DNA of 64,000 nt from the IMG/VR virus record IMGVR_UViG_3300045974_000283, positions 64,001-128,000 of that record, one strand, 5' to 3'. A model generated the notes under the pieces. It was not told the origin of the DNA, did no database searches, and saw only the letters and a program-made list of their open reading frames with translations. This document shows positions 1 through 8,260 of the stretch, piece after piece. Each line of letters begins with the position of its first letter. Within the stretch, counting starts at the first letter, position 1. A program made the translations under genes and the position numbers. This DNA comes from a virus.

Positions 1-156
1 ACGCTCGGTCAGGTAGCTCCAGGTTCCATCACCTTTGAGAAAACTATCGGCATCGGGGGTCCCCGTCCCCAAAGATGCTGGAGTGAGGGTATCCCCCGAC
101 AGAACCCTGGACAGGTCGTTGTTACTGTCCAGAACGATCGGAGTTTGCTGAGCCAT
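1..156 (-). CDS. N-terminal part of a fibre/decoration-type structural protein (runs off the left edge; not in the ORF track)
   Basis: Hand translation from ATG at 156: MAQQTPIVLDSNNDLSRVLSGDTLTPASLGTGTPDADSFLKGDGTWSYLTER, open to the window edge. Shares LDSNNDL with the neighbouring 710-aa protein and has the fibre-type FL(K/R)GDGTW motif. Confidence 0.75.
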   Translation of the reverse strand, partial: MAQQTPIVLDSNNDLSRVLSGDTLTPASLGTGTPDADSFLKGDGTWSYLTER

Positions 157-171
157 AGACGAGACGGGATG

Positions 172-2304
172 TTAAGAGACGCGAACGATGAGCGAATCGG
201 AGCAGAGGACCATCTTCGTGGTGGAGAGGGCCTTGCCGACACGGACAACCCACCCGGTCGTCGGGGCGGTCGAGGTGAGCGCGCCAGCGGTAGCGCCGCT
301 GAGGTAGTAGAACGCGTCGGTCGTCAGACCGCCGGACTGACCCGTGACAACGTCCCACTGAACCGTGGTCAGCGTCAGAACGCCAGCCGTTGCGATCACA
401 CCCGGAGCAGCGTTCGCCACCGAAGCGTCGGTCTGCAGACCCGTGAACTTGCGCGTACCGACAGCGTTGGACTGCGCGAGTTTGTAGGTGCCCGAAGTGT
501 CAGAGTAGACCGCACGACCGCAGACGATGGCCGAACCTTGGTTGTTCGTCAAGGTCGAGACGGTGGCTTCCTGCGTTGAGGCAACCGAAGAACCACCCGT
601 GACGCGACCGTAGGTATCCACGGTCACCGAGTAGTAAGTGCCTGGAGTTGCGATGCCGGAAGCAAGGTCGAAAGTCGGATCGCCAGCGGTGCCCGCCGGA
701 TTCAAGATTGTGATACGGCCCGTGGAAGCAGTCGCCATCGAACGCTGAATCCAGTTGTCAGCGGAGATACGAGCACCGAAGCCGAAACCGCTGATGCCTT
801 CCAAAGCCGCCAAGTCGTTCGTCAAGGTGAACGTCGGGTTGCCTGCGACACCGTCAGCGTTGCCGATGCTGAAACCCGCAGCCGGAGCCGCCAGCGAACG
901 AGTCGCCGAAAAACCCGTGGCTGTGATGGCGTACAGACCCGTCGTGGCGATCGCAGCGAGGGCGGTCAAGTCTGAGTCAGCAGGTTGAGCACCGATGTCG
1001 GACGGAGTTGCCGTGGCACCAGCGGTCACACGACCGTAGGTATCAACCGTCAGCTTCGTGTAGGTGCCCGTCGTGACGATGCCGGAAGCGAGGTCAACAC
1101 CAGCGCCCGTGACCGTGATACGAGCTGACGAAGCCGTGTTCACAGAGACGGTGTTCGTGTTGATCAGGATACCGTTGCCTTGGACGAGGTCAGTACCTTT
1201 GTTCAACTGCGTGAACGGAATACCCGTGGTGCCGACCGTCACAGTGCCGACCGGGTTGCAGAGCCATAGCGAGTTCGCGTTGGCCGTGCCCGCGTTGCCC
1301 ACAGGAACGAAGCCACCGGAAAACTCGGTAGCGAGGTCCATGTCAGTGGAACGCGTCAAGACGTAGGCAGCGCCCGCAGAACCGGGATTGGTCACGACGT
1401 AGAGGCCGTTATTCTGCGTGGAAACTTCGTTCTTGACCAGGACCAACATGCCAGCCGTCGTAGCGACGGCGTCCACCGTCAGCAGCGCGTTGCCCGTTGC
1501 GGTCAACGTGGCACCGACGCCGGAAGCGCCGTTGCTGTAGGTGTTCGCAGGAAGAGCCGCCGTCGTGGCGAGGGTGGCCGTCTGCTTCGGGTCCAAGCCC
1601 TGGACGCTGTTGTCAACGTACTGTTTCGTCGCAGCCTGAAGCGCCGAGACAGGGTCCGCTGCGAGGGTCAGCGTACCCGTCATCGTGTCGCCGCCTTTTT
1701 GCAGGTAGCGAGTGTCGGTGATGGGACTGATGTCGCCGATCACGACAGAGGCGGTGCCAGAGACGCGACCGTAAGCATCGCGCGTGATCTTCAGGAGGGT
1801 GCCCGTGCCGGAGTCGGTCAGGGTTGCGAGGTCGAAGTCCGAGTTGCCCGCAGTGCCAGCCGGGTTGGAAATTGTGATGCGAGCGTTGGTCGCTGTGAGT
1901 GTTCGCTGAATCCAGTTGTCAGCAGAGATGCGGACACCGTAACCAAATCCACTGATGGCTTCCAAGGATGCCAAGTCATTGGCGAGTGCGAACACCGGAT
2001 CGCCGGTCGTGCTGTTCGAATTGCTGATGGTCAGGCCAGCGGCGGGCTGTTGAAGAGTGCGAACGGCGAAGGCGCCCGCACCAGTGCGGCCAAGGAAACC
2101 AGCGGTTGCAGGCAGAGCCGCGAGCGCATCCAAGTCGGCATCCCAAGCCTGGACGTTCGTGCCGATAGCGACACCGAGGTTCGTACGAGCCGTTGCGGCG
2201 TCATTGGCGCCAGTGCCGCCCGCCGTGATGTCAACCCAGTCCCCGGTCAGGAACGAGCAGAGGTCGTTGTTCGAGTCAAGATAAATTGGACGTTGCGTAG
2301 CCAT
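172..2304 (-). CDS. Tail fibre / virion fibre protein, 710 aa
   Basis: T/A/G-rich. Fibre motifs GDTMTGTL, AATKQYVD, VKNE..QNNGLYVV. Internal duplication NDL..LE.ISGFG.G.RISADNWIQR x2 and (V/I)T.D(T/A)YGRV x3. AAGGAA RBS upstream. Confidence 0.8.
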   Translation of the reverse strand: MATQRPIYLDSNNDLCSFLTGDWVDITAGGTGANDAATARTNLGVAIGTNVQAWDADLDALAALPATAGFLGRTGAGAFAVRTLQQPAAGLTISNSNSTTGDPVFALANDLASLEAISGFGYGVRISADNWIQRTLTATNARITISNPAGTAGNSDFDLATLTDSGTGTLLKITRDAYGRVSGTASVVIGDISPITDTRYLQKGGDTMTGTLTLAADPVSALQAATKQYVDNSVQGLDPKQTATLATTAALPANTYSNGASGVGATLTATGNALLTVDAVATTAGMLVLVKNEVSTQNNGLYVVTNPGSAGAAYVLTRSTDMDLATEFSGGFVPVGNAGTANANSLWLCNPVGTVTVGTTGIPFTQLNKGTDLVQGNGILINTNTVSVNTASSARITVTGAGVDLASGIVTTGTYTKLTVDTYGRVTAGATATPSDIGAQPADSDLTALAAIATTGLYAITATGFSATRSLAAPAAGFSIGNADGVAGNPTFTLTNDLAALEGISGFGFGARISADNWIQRSMATASTGRITILNPAGTAGDPTFDLASGIATPGTYYSVTVDTYGRVTGGSSVASTQEATVSTLTNNQGSAIVCGRAVYSDTSGTYKLAQSNAVGTRKFTGLQTDASVANAAPGVIATAGVLTLTTVQWDVVTGQSGGLTTDAFYYLSGATAGALTSTAPTTGWVVRVGKALSTTKMVLCSDSLIVRVS

Positions 2305-2333
2305 GAAGGTTCCTTAGAAAGGGGAAACGAGGT

Positions 2334-2720
2334 TTACGGTTCCACCGCAGGAGGCGGGGGAGCGACAGGAGGAGCGGGGATGACGGCCGCTTGGGGCTGA
2401 ACCGCCGACTGAGCACAGATTTGAACAAAGCTCATGTAGACCAGCGGGTGGACGAACGCGCGGATCACCAGAGGTGCGAGAAAGATCACGTCGTGCAGGT
2501 CAAGCTCGATGTGCGAGGCCTGCGAAATCTTGGCAGCGAGCTGCATTTTGTGCCGACGAACGTCCGGCGAGTCCTCCTTGTCAGACTCAGTGACCTGAGT
2601 GACGGCCGACATCAGGACGCCTGACATCTGGAGGATTTCGTTGCCGAAGAGCGCGGGCTTGCCGTTCCACTGGACGACGGGAGAGTCGAGGGGAATGGCG
2701 AAATAGACGGGGGGATTCAT
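2334..2720 (-). CDS. Small fibre-associated hypothetical protein (possible chaperone), Pro-rich tail
   Basis: 128-aa ORF co-oriented between fibre genes, with RBS. Function inferred from context only. Confidence 0.6.
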   Translation of the reverse strand: MNPPVYFAIPLDSPVVQWNGKPALFGNEILQMSGVLMSAVTQVTESDKEDSPDVRRHKMQLAAKISQASHIELDLHDVIFLAPLVIRAFVHPLVYMSFVQICAQSAVQPQAAVIPAPPVAPPPPAVEP

Positions 2721-2732
2721 GGTGAAGTTTCC

Positions 2733-3506
2733 TTAGGAGATGCGGACGGGAGGTTGGATTTCGATCTTGAATTCGACAGTGGAGAGGGCGTAGCCTACGC
2801 AAACGACGTAGAGGTTGGACACACCGTCAGGCGGTGATGTGCTCAGGCGCAGCTTGCTGACGACCTGAAAGTCAAGGTAGTAGCGGCGTCCGGCCACGAG
2901 ACCGCCGACGTTATCCGTTACGAGTTGCCATTCGGCGATGCTCTTGACCAGTGACCCTTCAATCTGAATCACACCGACAGAAGACGGTTCCAGAGAGTTG
3001 GAGCCCGTGTAGAGGCCGATGACATTCTTGCCGACGTTGTTGCCGATGGCCGGGCGGATGGCATCCAGGTTCGCACCCGACACCGGGCCTCCGGGCAGGA
3101 CGGGCTCCGACCCCTCGTTGCGAAGGGTGCGGAAAACGTCACCGGAGGAACCGCCGCCACCGCCGCCGGAACCGCCCGCTTGGAAAGGCGTGTTCAGTAC
3201 CGTATCGTCAGCTGCCTGATCGGCGTGAAGGTCGTAGGCGCCACCGATGGACTCACGGTAGAGCTCGTTTCTGTTGGCTGAGTACGCGATGATCTTCAGG
3301 TTGAGACCAGCACGGACCCAGATGTCAATCATCCCGTTGGCATCCGTGTTCATGGTGCCGTGGACGTTCACGGGGGAAACCGAATTCTGAGATTGATAGA
3401 GGCGAACCGGGGGACCGCCCTCTTCACGGATGCTGACCATCGTGTTGACAAGAGGGACAGCATCACGCGAGACAATTTTCCTTCGTAGACGGGCAAGTTC
3501 GTTCAT
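2733..3506 (-). CDS. Structural protein: head-binding-like N-terminus plus C-terminal domain shared with the 710-aa fibre
   Basis: Start moved to MNELARL (3506) because the longer ORF overlaps the upstream gene. PLVNT...YQS...TDANGMIDIW resembles tailspike head-binding-type modules. Contains a Gly linker. Confidence 0.7.
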   Translation of the reverse strand: MNELARLRRKIVSRDAVPLVNTMVSIREEGGPPVRLYQSQNSVSPVNVHGTMNTDANGMIDIWVRAGLNLKIIAYSANRNELYRESIGGAYDLHADQAADDTVLNTPFQAGGSGGGGGGSSGDVFRTLRNEGSEPVLPGGPVSGANLDAIRPAIGNNVGKNVIGLYTGSNSLEPSSVGVIQIEGSLVKSIAEWQLVTDNVGGLVAGRRYYLDFQVVSKLRLSTSPPDGVSNLYVVCVGYALSTVEFKIEIQPPVRIS

Positions 3507-3553
3507 GATGTTGTCTCGTGATGATACTAGCAGAGCACATAAAAGTGCTCTGC

Positions 3554-6016
3554 TCAAAGGTCGAAGATCGTGTACGGCCCGCTCGGCGGCGTGAAATTGC
3601 TCCCGTTGTAACCGTGACCGCCTGACTGATAGCGGAACTCGTCGAGCGAACTGCCGCCTCGGAGGTAGTTGGCAGCGGTCGTCGAAGCCGCGATGTAGAA
3701 GTCGTACGTTCCCGTGTCGGTGCCCATGGACTGAGTCTGCGAACCAAGGATGACGCCATCTGCCGCGAGATACCAAGTGCCCGCGAGGTAGAACACCGCG
3801 AGGTGAACGAAGGTGCCGTCGCCGCCCGGTTGCCACTGACTCTTGGGAAAGGTCAGTGTCGTGAGAGTTGAGCTAGGAACCGTCGCGACGTTCAGCTTCA
3901 GGTCGCCACCACCGCGAATTTCCAGTCGGCAGACCGGAGCGCTGCTTCCGCCTGCATAGACAGAGAAGAGCGAGTAGATCGTAGCCGAGGAGGCGTTCGT
4001 TTCCACCCATCGCGCTTGCATGTCCGCAGCGAAGTCGGCTCCAAGCGTGAACAGCGAACCGTCGGTGACCGCGAGCTTCCGAACCCGGAAACTGCTCGAC
4101 ACACCACGGATAGAGCCGCTGCCGAACTTGCCAGCGTTGAAGGCGTAACTTCCCGTGTCCCAAGAGATGAGGCCGCGTTCTTCCACGACGTCGTTGTTGA
4201 AGTGGAACAGCGCCTTCAGATACGGGTTGATCGTAGGAACTGTGACCGGGTCCACGAAAGCGTAACTCAGGCTCTCGGTGGCGAAGTGCGGCTTCGTGCC
4301 ACTGATGCGCGTATAACCCAGGAGTCCCACACGGTCGCGTCGCTCGAAGTCGTCGAAGTAGGCGACTGCGTGACCGGACGTTTCGTTGGCGATGCACAAC
4401 GCGAGCGCAGGCGCATCGTAGAAGCCGGAGGCGTTGTTGTTGAACAGGTTGTAGTTGACAGCGTCGAAGCTGTAGTGGAAAGACACCTGTCCAGTGTTGC
4501 TGTCGCGCAGAATCTTCAGCCAGATCGGATCAGACATTGTCTTGCCCGCAGCCGTGTGAATCTCCGACTCGGAAATCACCCCGTAATAGTTCGTCGGTGA
4601 GTTCCACGCGTCGATGGTCAACTTCCAGACGTAGGCCGAGCCGTCGTAGCGGCGCTTCATGCCAAACAAGAAGTATCCGTAGGTGCCGAAGTTGATCAGA
4701 GCAATCCCAGCGGTCGCGCCACCCACCGACTGAACGACCGCGAAGGTGAGTTTCACGCGGTATTCGTTGGCGGCTTCCATCACCATGTTCTGCTGAACAC
4801 CGCGCAGAGGATACGTCCCGCCCGGCTCGTCGAGCACGAGCTGACCGCCAGAGACAGCGGACGTCGCGGTCTCTTGATTGAACCAGTACCAAGGGATGGA
4901 GCCCGGACGCCGTGTGCCCGTAGTGTCGATGTCAGTGCCCACCGAAAAGCGGTCGGTCGCCGGGTCAACGTCCACTGTGGAGACCCAATCGAACTGCGCC
5001 AGCGAAGTGTCGTAGTCGTCCACAGCATTGTAGACACCGCTGCAAATCAAGTGCTGACCATCACGTGTCCACAGCGCTCGCCCGAGGCCGGAGCCGTTCG
5101 GCGGACCTGCCGTAACCTGCACCAGATTGTAAACAAGCTCCGACGTCTTGTGGAACAGGTAGAGTCGCTGCCAGAACGAGTTGGACGTTGACGTCACTGC
5201 GAGGTACTGTTTGTTCGGCGTCCACGCGACACCGCGAGAAGAACCAGAATCGCTCGGGCTCGGCAAGCCATTCAAGGCGATGTTCTGAAATGTGGAACCG
5301 TTGTAGTGGTAGGCGAAGGCGACGGCGGTCGCGCCGTTGTCGCCACCGACAGCGAGGTTCAGGCTGTCATCGCTCCACTCCAAAGCCCACCCACCGAAGG
5401 TCGGAAGGTCTTGCTTGAAGGTGAACGTGTCATTTCCGTTGACCGTGAAGACGCGACAGGTCGTCGAGCTCCACAGCATCGCTATGAAGTTTCCGTCCGG
5501 CGAGAAGGCCATCGCCTTGGCGGGGTTCAAGCCCGAACCGAACAAGTTGGCGGTCTTCACGTACTGACCGCCCGTCAAAAGGTACGACCAGATGTAAGGA
5601 GTGGACCCCGAGACAACGAGCCAGCGGCCGTCCGGGGATATGGCCGTGCTCAGGAAGTAGTCGTTCGAGTAGACGTAGTTGTCAATCGCGTCGTGGCCCA
5701 AGTTCTCCAAGACGCCGTTCGTGTGCGAGTAAAGCACGATAGACGGTGAATAGGTGTTTCCGTTTGCACTGATGTTGACGGAAGCCAACACGGTGCCACC
5801 TGGATTGAATCCACCAGAAACACGGTACAGATACGAGACGTTGCCTTGAGCGTAGGCCGGAGTGTCCATCAGTGTGTAGACATTCGGGGGATCAAATCGG
5901 TACAGGAAAAGGTTCTTGGTGCCGCCGCCAGACTTGTCCCCGAGGACGGCCAGATAGAAGTTCTTCGAAGGCACCGAAGCGCCCGCCTTGGAAGCCGTGA
6001 GCAGGAAGCCGAACAT
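3554..6016 (-). CDS. Receptor-binding/tip protein: beta-propeller plus lectin (LamG/ConA-like) domains, 820 aa
   Basis: WD-like repeats (AISPDGRWL, AFSPDGNF, WSDDSLNL, WTPNKQYL, WTRDGQHL). C-terminal ALFHFN...FGSGS...LDEFRY...NFTPP typical of LamG-like phage domains. Confidence 0.7.
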   Translation of the reverse strand: MFGFLLTASKAGASVPSKNFYLAVLGDKSGGGTKNLFLYRFDPPNVYTLMDTPAYAQGNVSYLYRVSGGFNPGGTVLASVNISANGNTYSPSIVLYSHTNGVLENLGHDAIDNYVYSNDYFLSTAISPDGRWLVVSGSTPYIWSYLLTGGQYVKTANLFGSGLNPAKAMAFSPDGNFIAMLWSSTTCRVFTVNGNDTFTFKQDLPTFGGWALEWSDDSLNLAVGGDNGATAVAFAYHYNGSTFQNIALNGLPSPSDSGSSRGVAWTPNKQYLAVTSTSNSFWQRLYLFHKTSELVYNLVQVTAGPPNGSGLGRALWTRDGQHLICSGVYNAVDDYDTSLAQFDWVSTVDVDPATDRFSVGTDIDTTGTRRPGSIPWYWFNQETATSAVSGGQLVLDEPGGTYPLRGVQQNMVMEAANEYRVKLTFAVVQSVGGATAGIALINFGTYGYFLFGMKRRYDGSAYVWKLTIDAWNSPTNYYGVISESEIHTAAGKTMSDPIWLKILRDSNTGQVSFHYSFDAVNYNLFNNNASGFYDAPALALCIANETSGHAVAYFDDFERRDRVGLLGYTRISGTKPHFATESLSYAFVDPVTVPTINPYLKALFHFNNDVVEERGLISWDTGSYAFNAGKFGSGSIRGVSSSFRVRKLAVTDGSLFTLGADFAADMQARWVETNASSATIYSLFSVYAGGSSAPVCRLEIRGGGDLKLNVATVPSSTLTTLTFPKSQWQPGGDGTFVHLAVFYLAGTWYLAADGVILGSQTQSMGTDTGTYDFYIAASTTAANYLRGGSSLDEFRYQSGGHGYNGSNFTPPSGPYTIFDL

Positions 6017-6615
6017 CAGACATGCGCTCCGTTGATGCCACGAGTCCCGATAAGAACACTGGACACGGGGTCGTGTGTGAAACTCACGACATCACGGTAT
6101 CCGGCAGTCGTAGACCAGACGGGTTCAGTGCCTCCGTCCCATCCAACGTAGGTGGGCCAAGTGTGCGTGAAGTTGCCACCTGAGATCATGTGCAGATGGT
6201 AGAGCCCACCGTCCATGAGGTTCGTGAAGTCCGTGAAGTCCACGTTCCCCGTGACGACGCACCGCATCACGTTGGATATGCCGAAGTCCAAAGTCCCGGA
6301 ACCGGACACGTTGCCGAAGTCGTGCATTGCTGTGGACTGCGCGTGAGTGAACGGCGAGGAGTTGGACAGCGTGATTCCGCCACCGCTCGTGAGGCCGTTG
6401 ACTTGCTTCTGGAGTTTGGCAAGCGCCTGAAGGATGGAGTCTGTGCTCGCAACGCTGCCCGAGGCCCCGCTGATGTCCAGCCCGTTCAGCACCGAAGCAA
6501 GGACACCAGGCTCGCTGAAGATGGTGATACCAAGAAGATTGATGACGGCGAGCTTTTGAGCTGTCGACATCGGGGTCCCTGCGCCTGAGCGCATTCCAAG
6601 TTCGAGAAGAGACAT
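6016..6615 (-). CDS. Fibre/adaptor protein, 199 aa
   Basis: DSILQALAKLQKQ fibre motif and C-terminal GN.....NL.DGG.Y.L....G....TWP..V.W..GT.P.W.....D..SF module. Stop overlaps the start of the 820-aa gene. Confidence 0.7.
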   Translation of the reverse strand: MSLLELGMRSGAGTPMSTAQKLAVINLLGITIFSEPGVLASVLNGLDISGASGSVASTDSILQALAKLQKQVNGLTSGGGITLSNSSPFTHAQSTAMHDFGNVSGSGTLDFGISNVMRCVVTGNVDFTDFTNLMDGGLYHLHMISGGNFTHTWPTYVGWDGGTEPVWSTTAGYRDVVSFTHDPVSSVLIGTRGINGAHV

Positions 6616-6623
6616 CGTAGTCC

Positions 6624-6866
6624 TTAGCCGGGAGATCCGACGGTTTTGCGTGGCAGGATTAGGTCGCTAGTCGCCGGAGCGGCCTTGAAATTCCGAATCG
6701 TTGGAATCGGAATCTTCAGGCCGGTCGCCAGAGGGTTCACCGACCCCGATCCAAGACTGAACGCTCTAGCGGGATTCGTGATCGTGGGCGTTGGGACAAC
6801 AGAAGACGTTGACCGTGGCCTGACGCTACCGGAGCCCAGATTGAAAGCCGAAACGAAGACGGTCAT
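6624..6866 (-). CDS. Small hypothetical structural protein with duplicated AF(N/S)LGSGSV.P motif
   Basis: 80-aa ORF filling the gap in frame with the operon, with an internal repeat. Confidence 0.6.
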   Translation of the reverse strand: MTVFVSAFNLGSGSVRPRSTSSVVPTPTITNPARAFSLGSGSVNPLATGLKIPIPTIRNFKAAPATSDLILPRKTVGSPG

Positions 6867-6869
6867 GGG

Positions 6870-7784
6870 TTACTCCCAGAGCATAGCCATCCCGTAGCGG
6901 GAAAGACCGTTCACCTCGGCGGCGCCGACCCATCCCAATGAGAGATAGGTTCGTGGCACGGAACCGACCAGAGGCAAGGACAGAGTTGAGCCCCGACCGA
7001 TCTCAGAGAGCAGGATGGTACACATGCCGAACACGGGGCTGACGCCAGGAGTCGTCATCCAGTGCATGTATGCCTGACGGTTGCCGTCTTCGTTCGTGGA
7101 GTCGGTGACTGCTCCTGGTACAACGCAGAAGCAAGCTGTCGTTGACAGCGTTGCCATCGTGCTCGGGTAGACTGCCGGGGCATTGGAGAACTTCAAACAT
7201 TGCCATTTGATGGAAGATCCAGAGGGTCCTGCGTATCCGGCGTAGAAGGCAGCCCCGATAGCCGTGGGAGCTCCAGTGGAGTCGCAGGTTCGACAGATTG
7301 CGAAGAACTTTCTTGTGTAGTTGGCGTCGGTGTTGTTCGGCCATGCTTTCCAGAGGAGTCCAAAGAAGCCTTCGTTGACGCAGAGATAGCTTGGATACGA
7401 ATCGCCGTTGACGGAAGGCTGACCACCGGCAGTCACGTTCCGGGTGGCAACCGTAGACGCCACTCCAGTGATCGTGCTTCCAGAGTACCCTGTTCCGACG
7501 GTGAGCCGTAGCTCAGGAGAACCTACGTCGTCACCGAGGCCGTACTCGAACTTGATGAAGATTGGAGCTGTCGCTTGCAAAGAATCGTTGAACCTCCAAA
7601 TCTGGAAGCCCGCGAAAGTATTGTAAGCGGCAGGATAAGAGACCGTCGTGAAGTCGATCTCGCCAAAAACGGTCTCCTTCACCAGACCCGCTTCCGCGAG
7701 ATAGGTAGCAAGGTCCGAGAAGACCGTGCGGAAATTGCTGTTGTTGCTGACGAACGCGGAAGACGTCCAGGTTCTGGTTGTCAT
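6870..7784 (-). CDS. Tail/fibre-associated structural protein, 304 aa
   Basis: Beta-rich ORF in the fibre operon with ATGA overlap. Motif GFQIWRFND.LQ.TAPIFIKFEYG. Confidence 0.65.
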   Translation of the reverse strand: MTTRTWTSSAFVSNNSNFRTVFSDLATYLAEAGLVKETVFGEIDFTTVSYPAAYNTFAGFQIWRFNDSLQATAPIFIKFEYGLGDDVGSPELRLTVGTGYSGSTITGVASTVATRNVTAGGQPSVNGDSYPSYLCVNEGFFGLLWKAWPNNTDANYTRKFFAICRTCDSTGAPTAIGAAFYAGYAGPSGSSIKWQCLKFSNAPAVYPSTMATLSTTACFCVVPGAVTDSTNEDGNRQAYMHWMTTPGVSPVFGMCTILLSEIGRGSTLSLPLVGSVPRTYLSLGWVGAAEVNGLSRYGMAMLWE

Positions 7785-8251
7785 GATTCAATCTCCAGTA
7801 AGAGAACTATTTGACGAAAATCGCTGCAAGAGACAATCTCGCCGATGAAAATATCCGAGTCTGCAAAGGACTTGGTCCAGCCTGACAGAACCAAGTCTTG
7901 GCTCTTGTAGTCGGAGACTATCGTGGGCGGAGTGGAACCGCAGATGCTGACTGGACTGGCGGAGCCGTAATCATTGTGAGAAACCTTCTTCACGTTGATT
8001 ACGCAACTTCCTGTTCCCTCCATTCCGTAGACCGCCGCACGAACGAGAGTTCCTGCCTTGGCGACAGGTCGTATCACGCGGTCAGCACCGACAGGGTCCA
8101 CGGCGAGTCCCTGATTGGACCAGGCCATGAGAATTGAATGGTATTTTGGACCAGCGGGTTCGGCCCCGAGGAGGGCCAGAACTGCCAGCCTCTGCGCTGT
8201 AGACAGCGGGATGCCCGCACCGGAGCGCATCCCTAGATTCAGCACTGACAT
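7781..8251 (-). CDS. Fibre/adaptor protein, 156 aa, N-terminus paralogous to 6016..6615
   Basis: MSVLNLGMRSGAGIPLSTAQRLAVLALLG versus MSLLELGMRSGAGTPMSTAQKLAVINLLG. Confidence 0.7.
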   Translation of the reverse strand: MSVLNLGMRSGAGIPLSTAQRLAVLALLGAEPAGPKYHSILMAWSNQGLAVDPVGADRVIRPVAKAGTLVRAAVYGMEGTGSCVINVKKVSHNDYGSASPVSICGSTPPTIVSDYKSQDLVLSGWTKSFADSDIFIGEIVSCSDFRQIVLLLEIES

Positions 8252-8260
8252 GTGAGGTCC

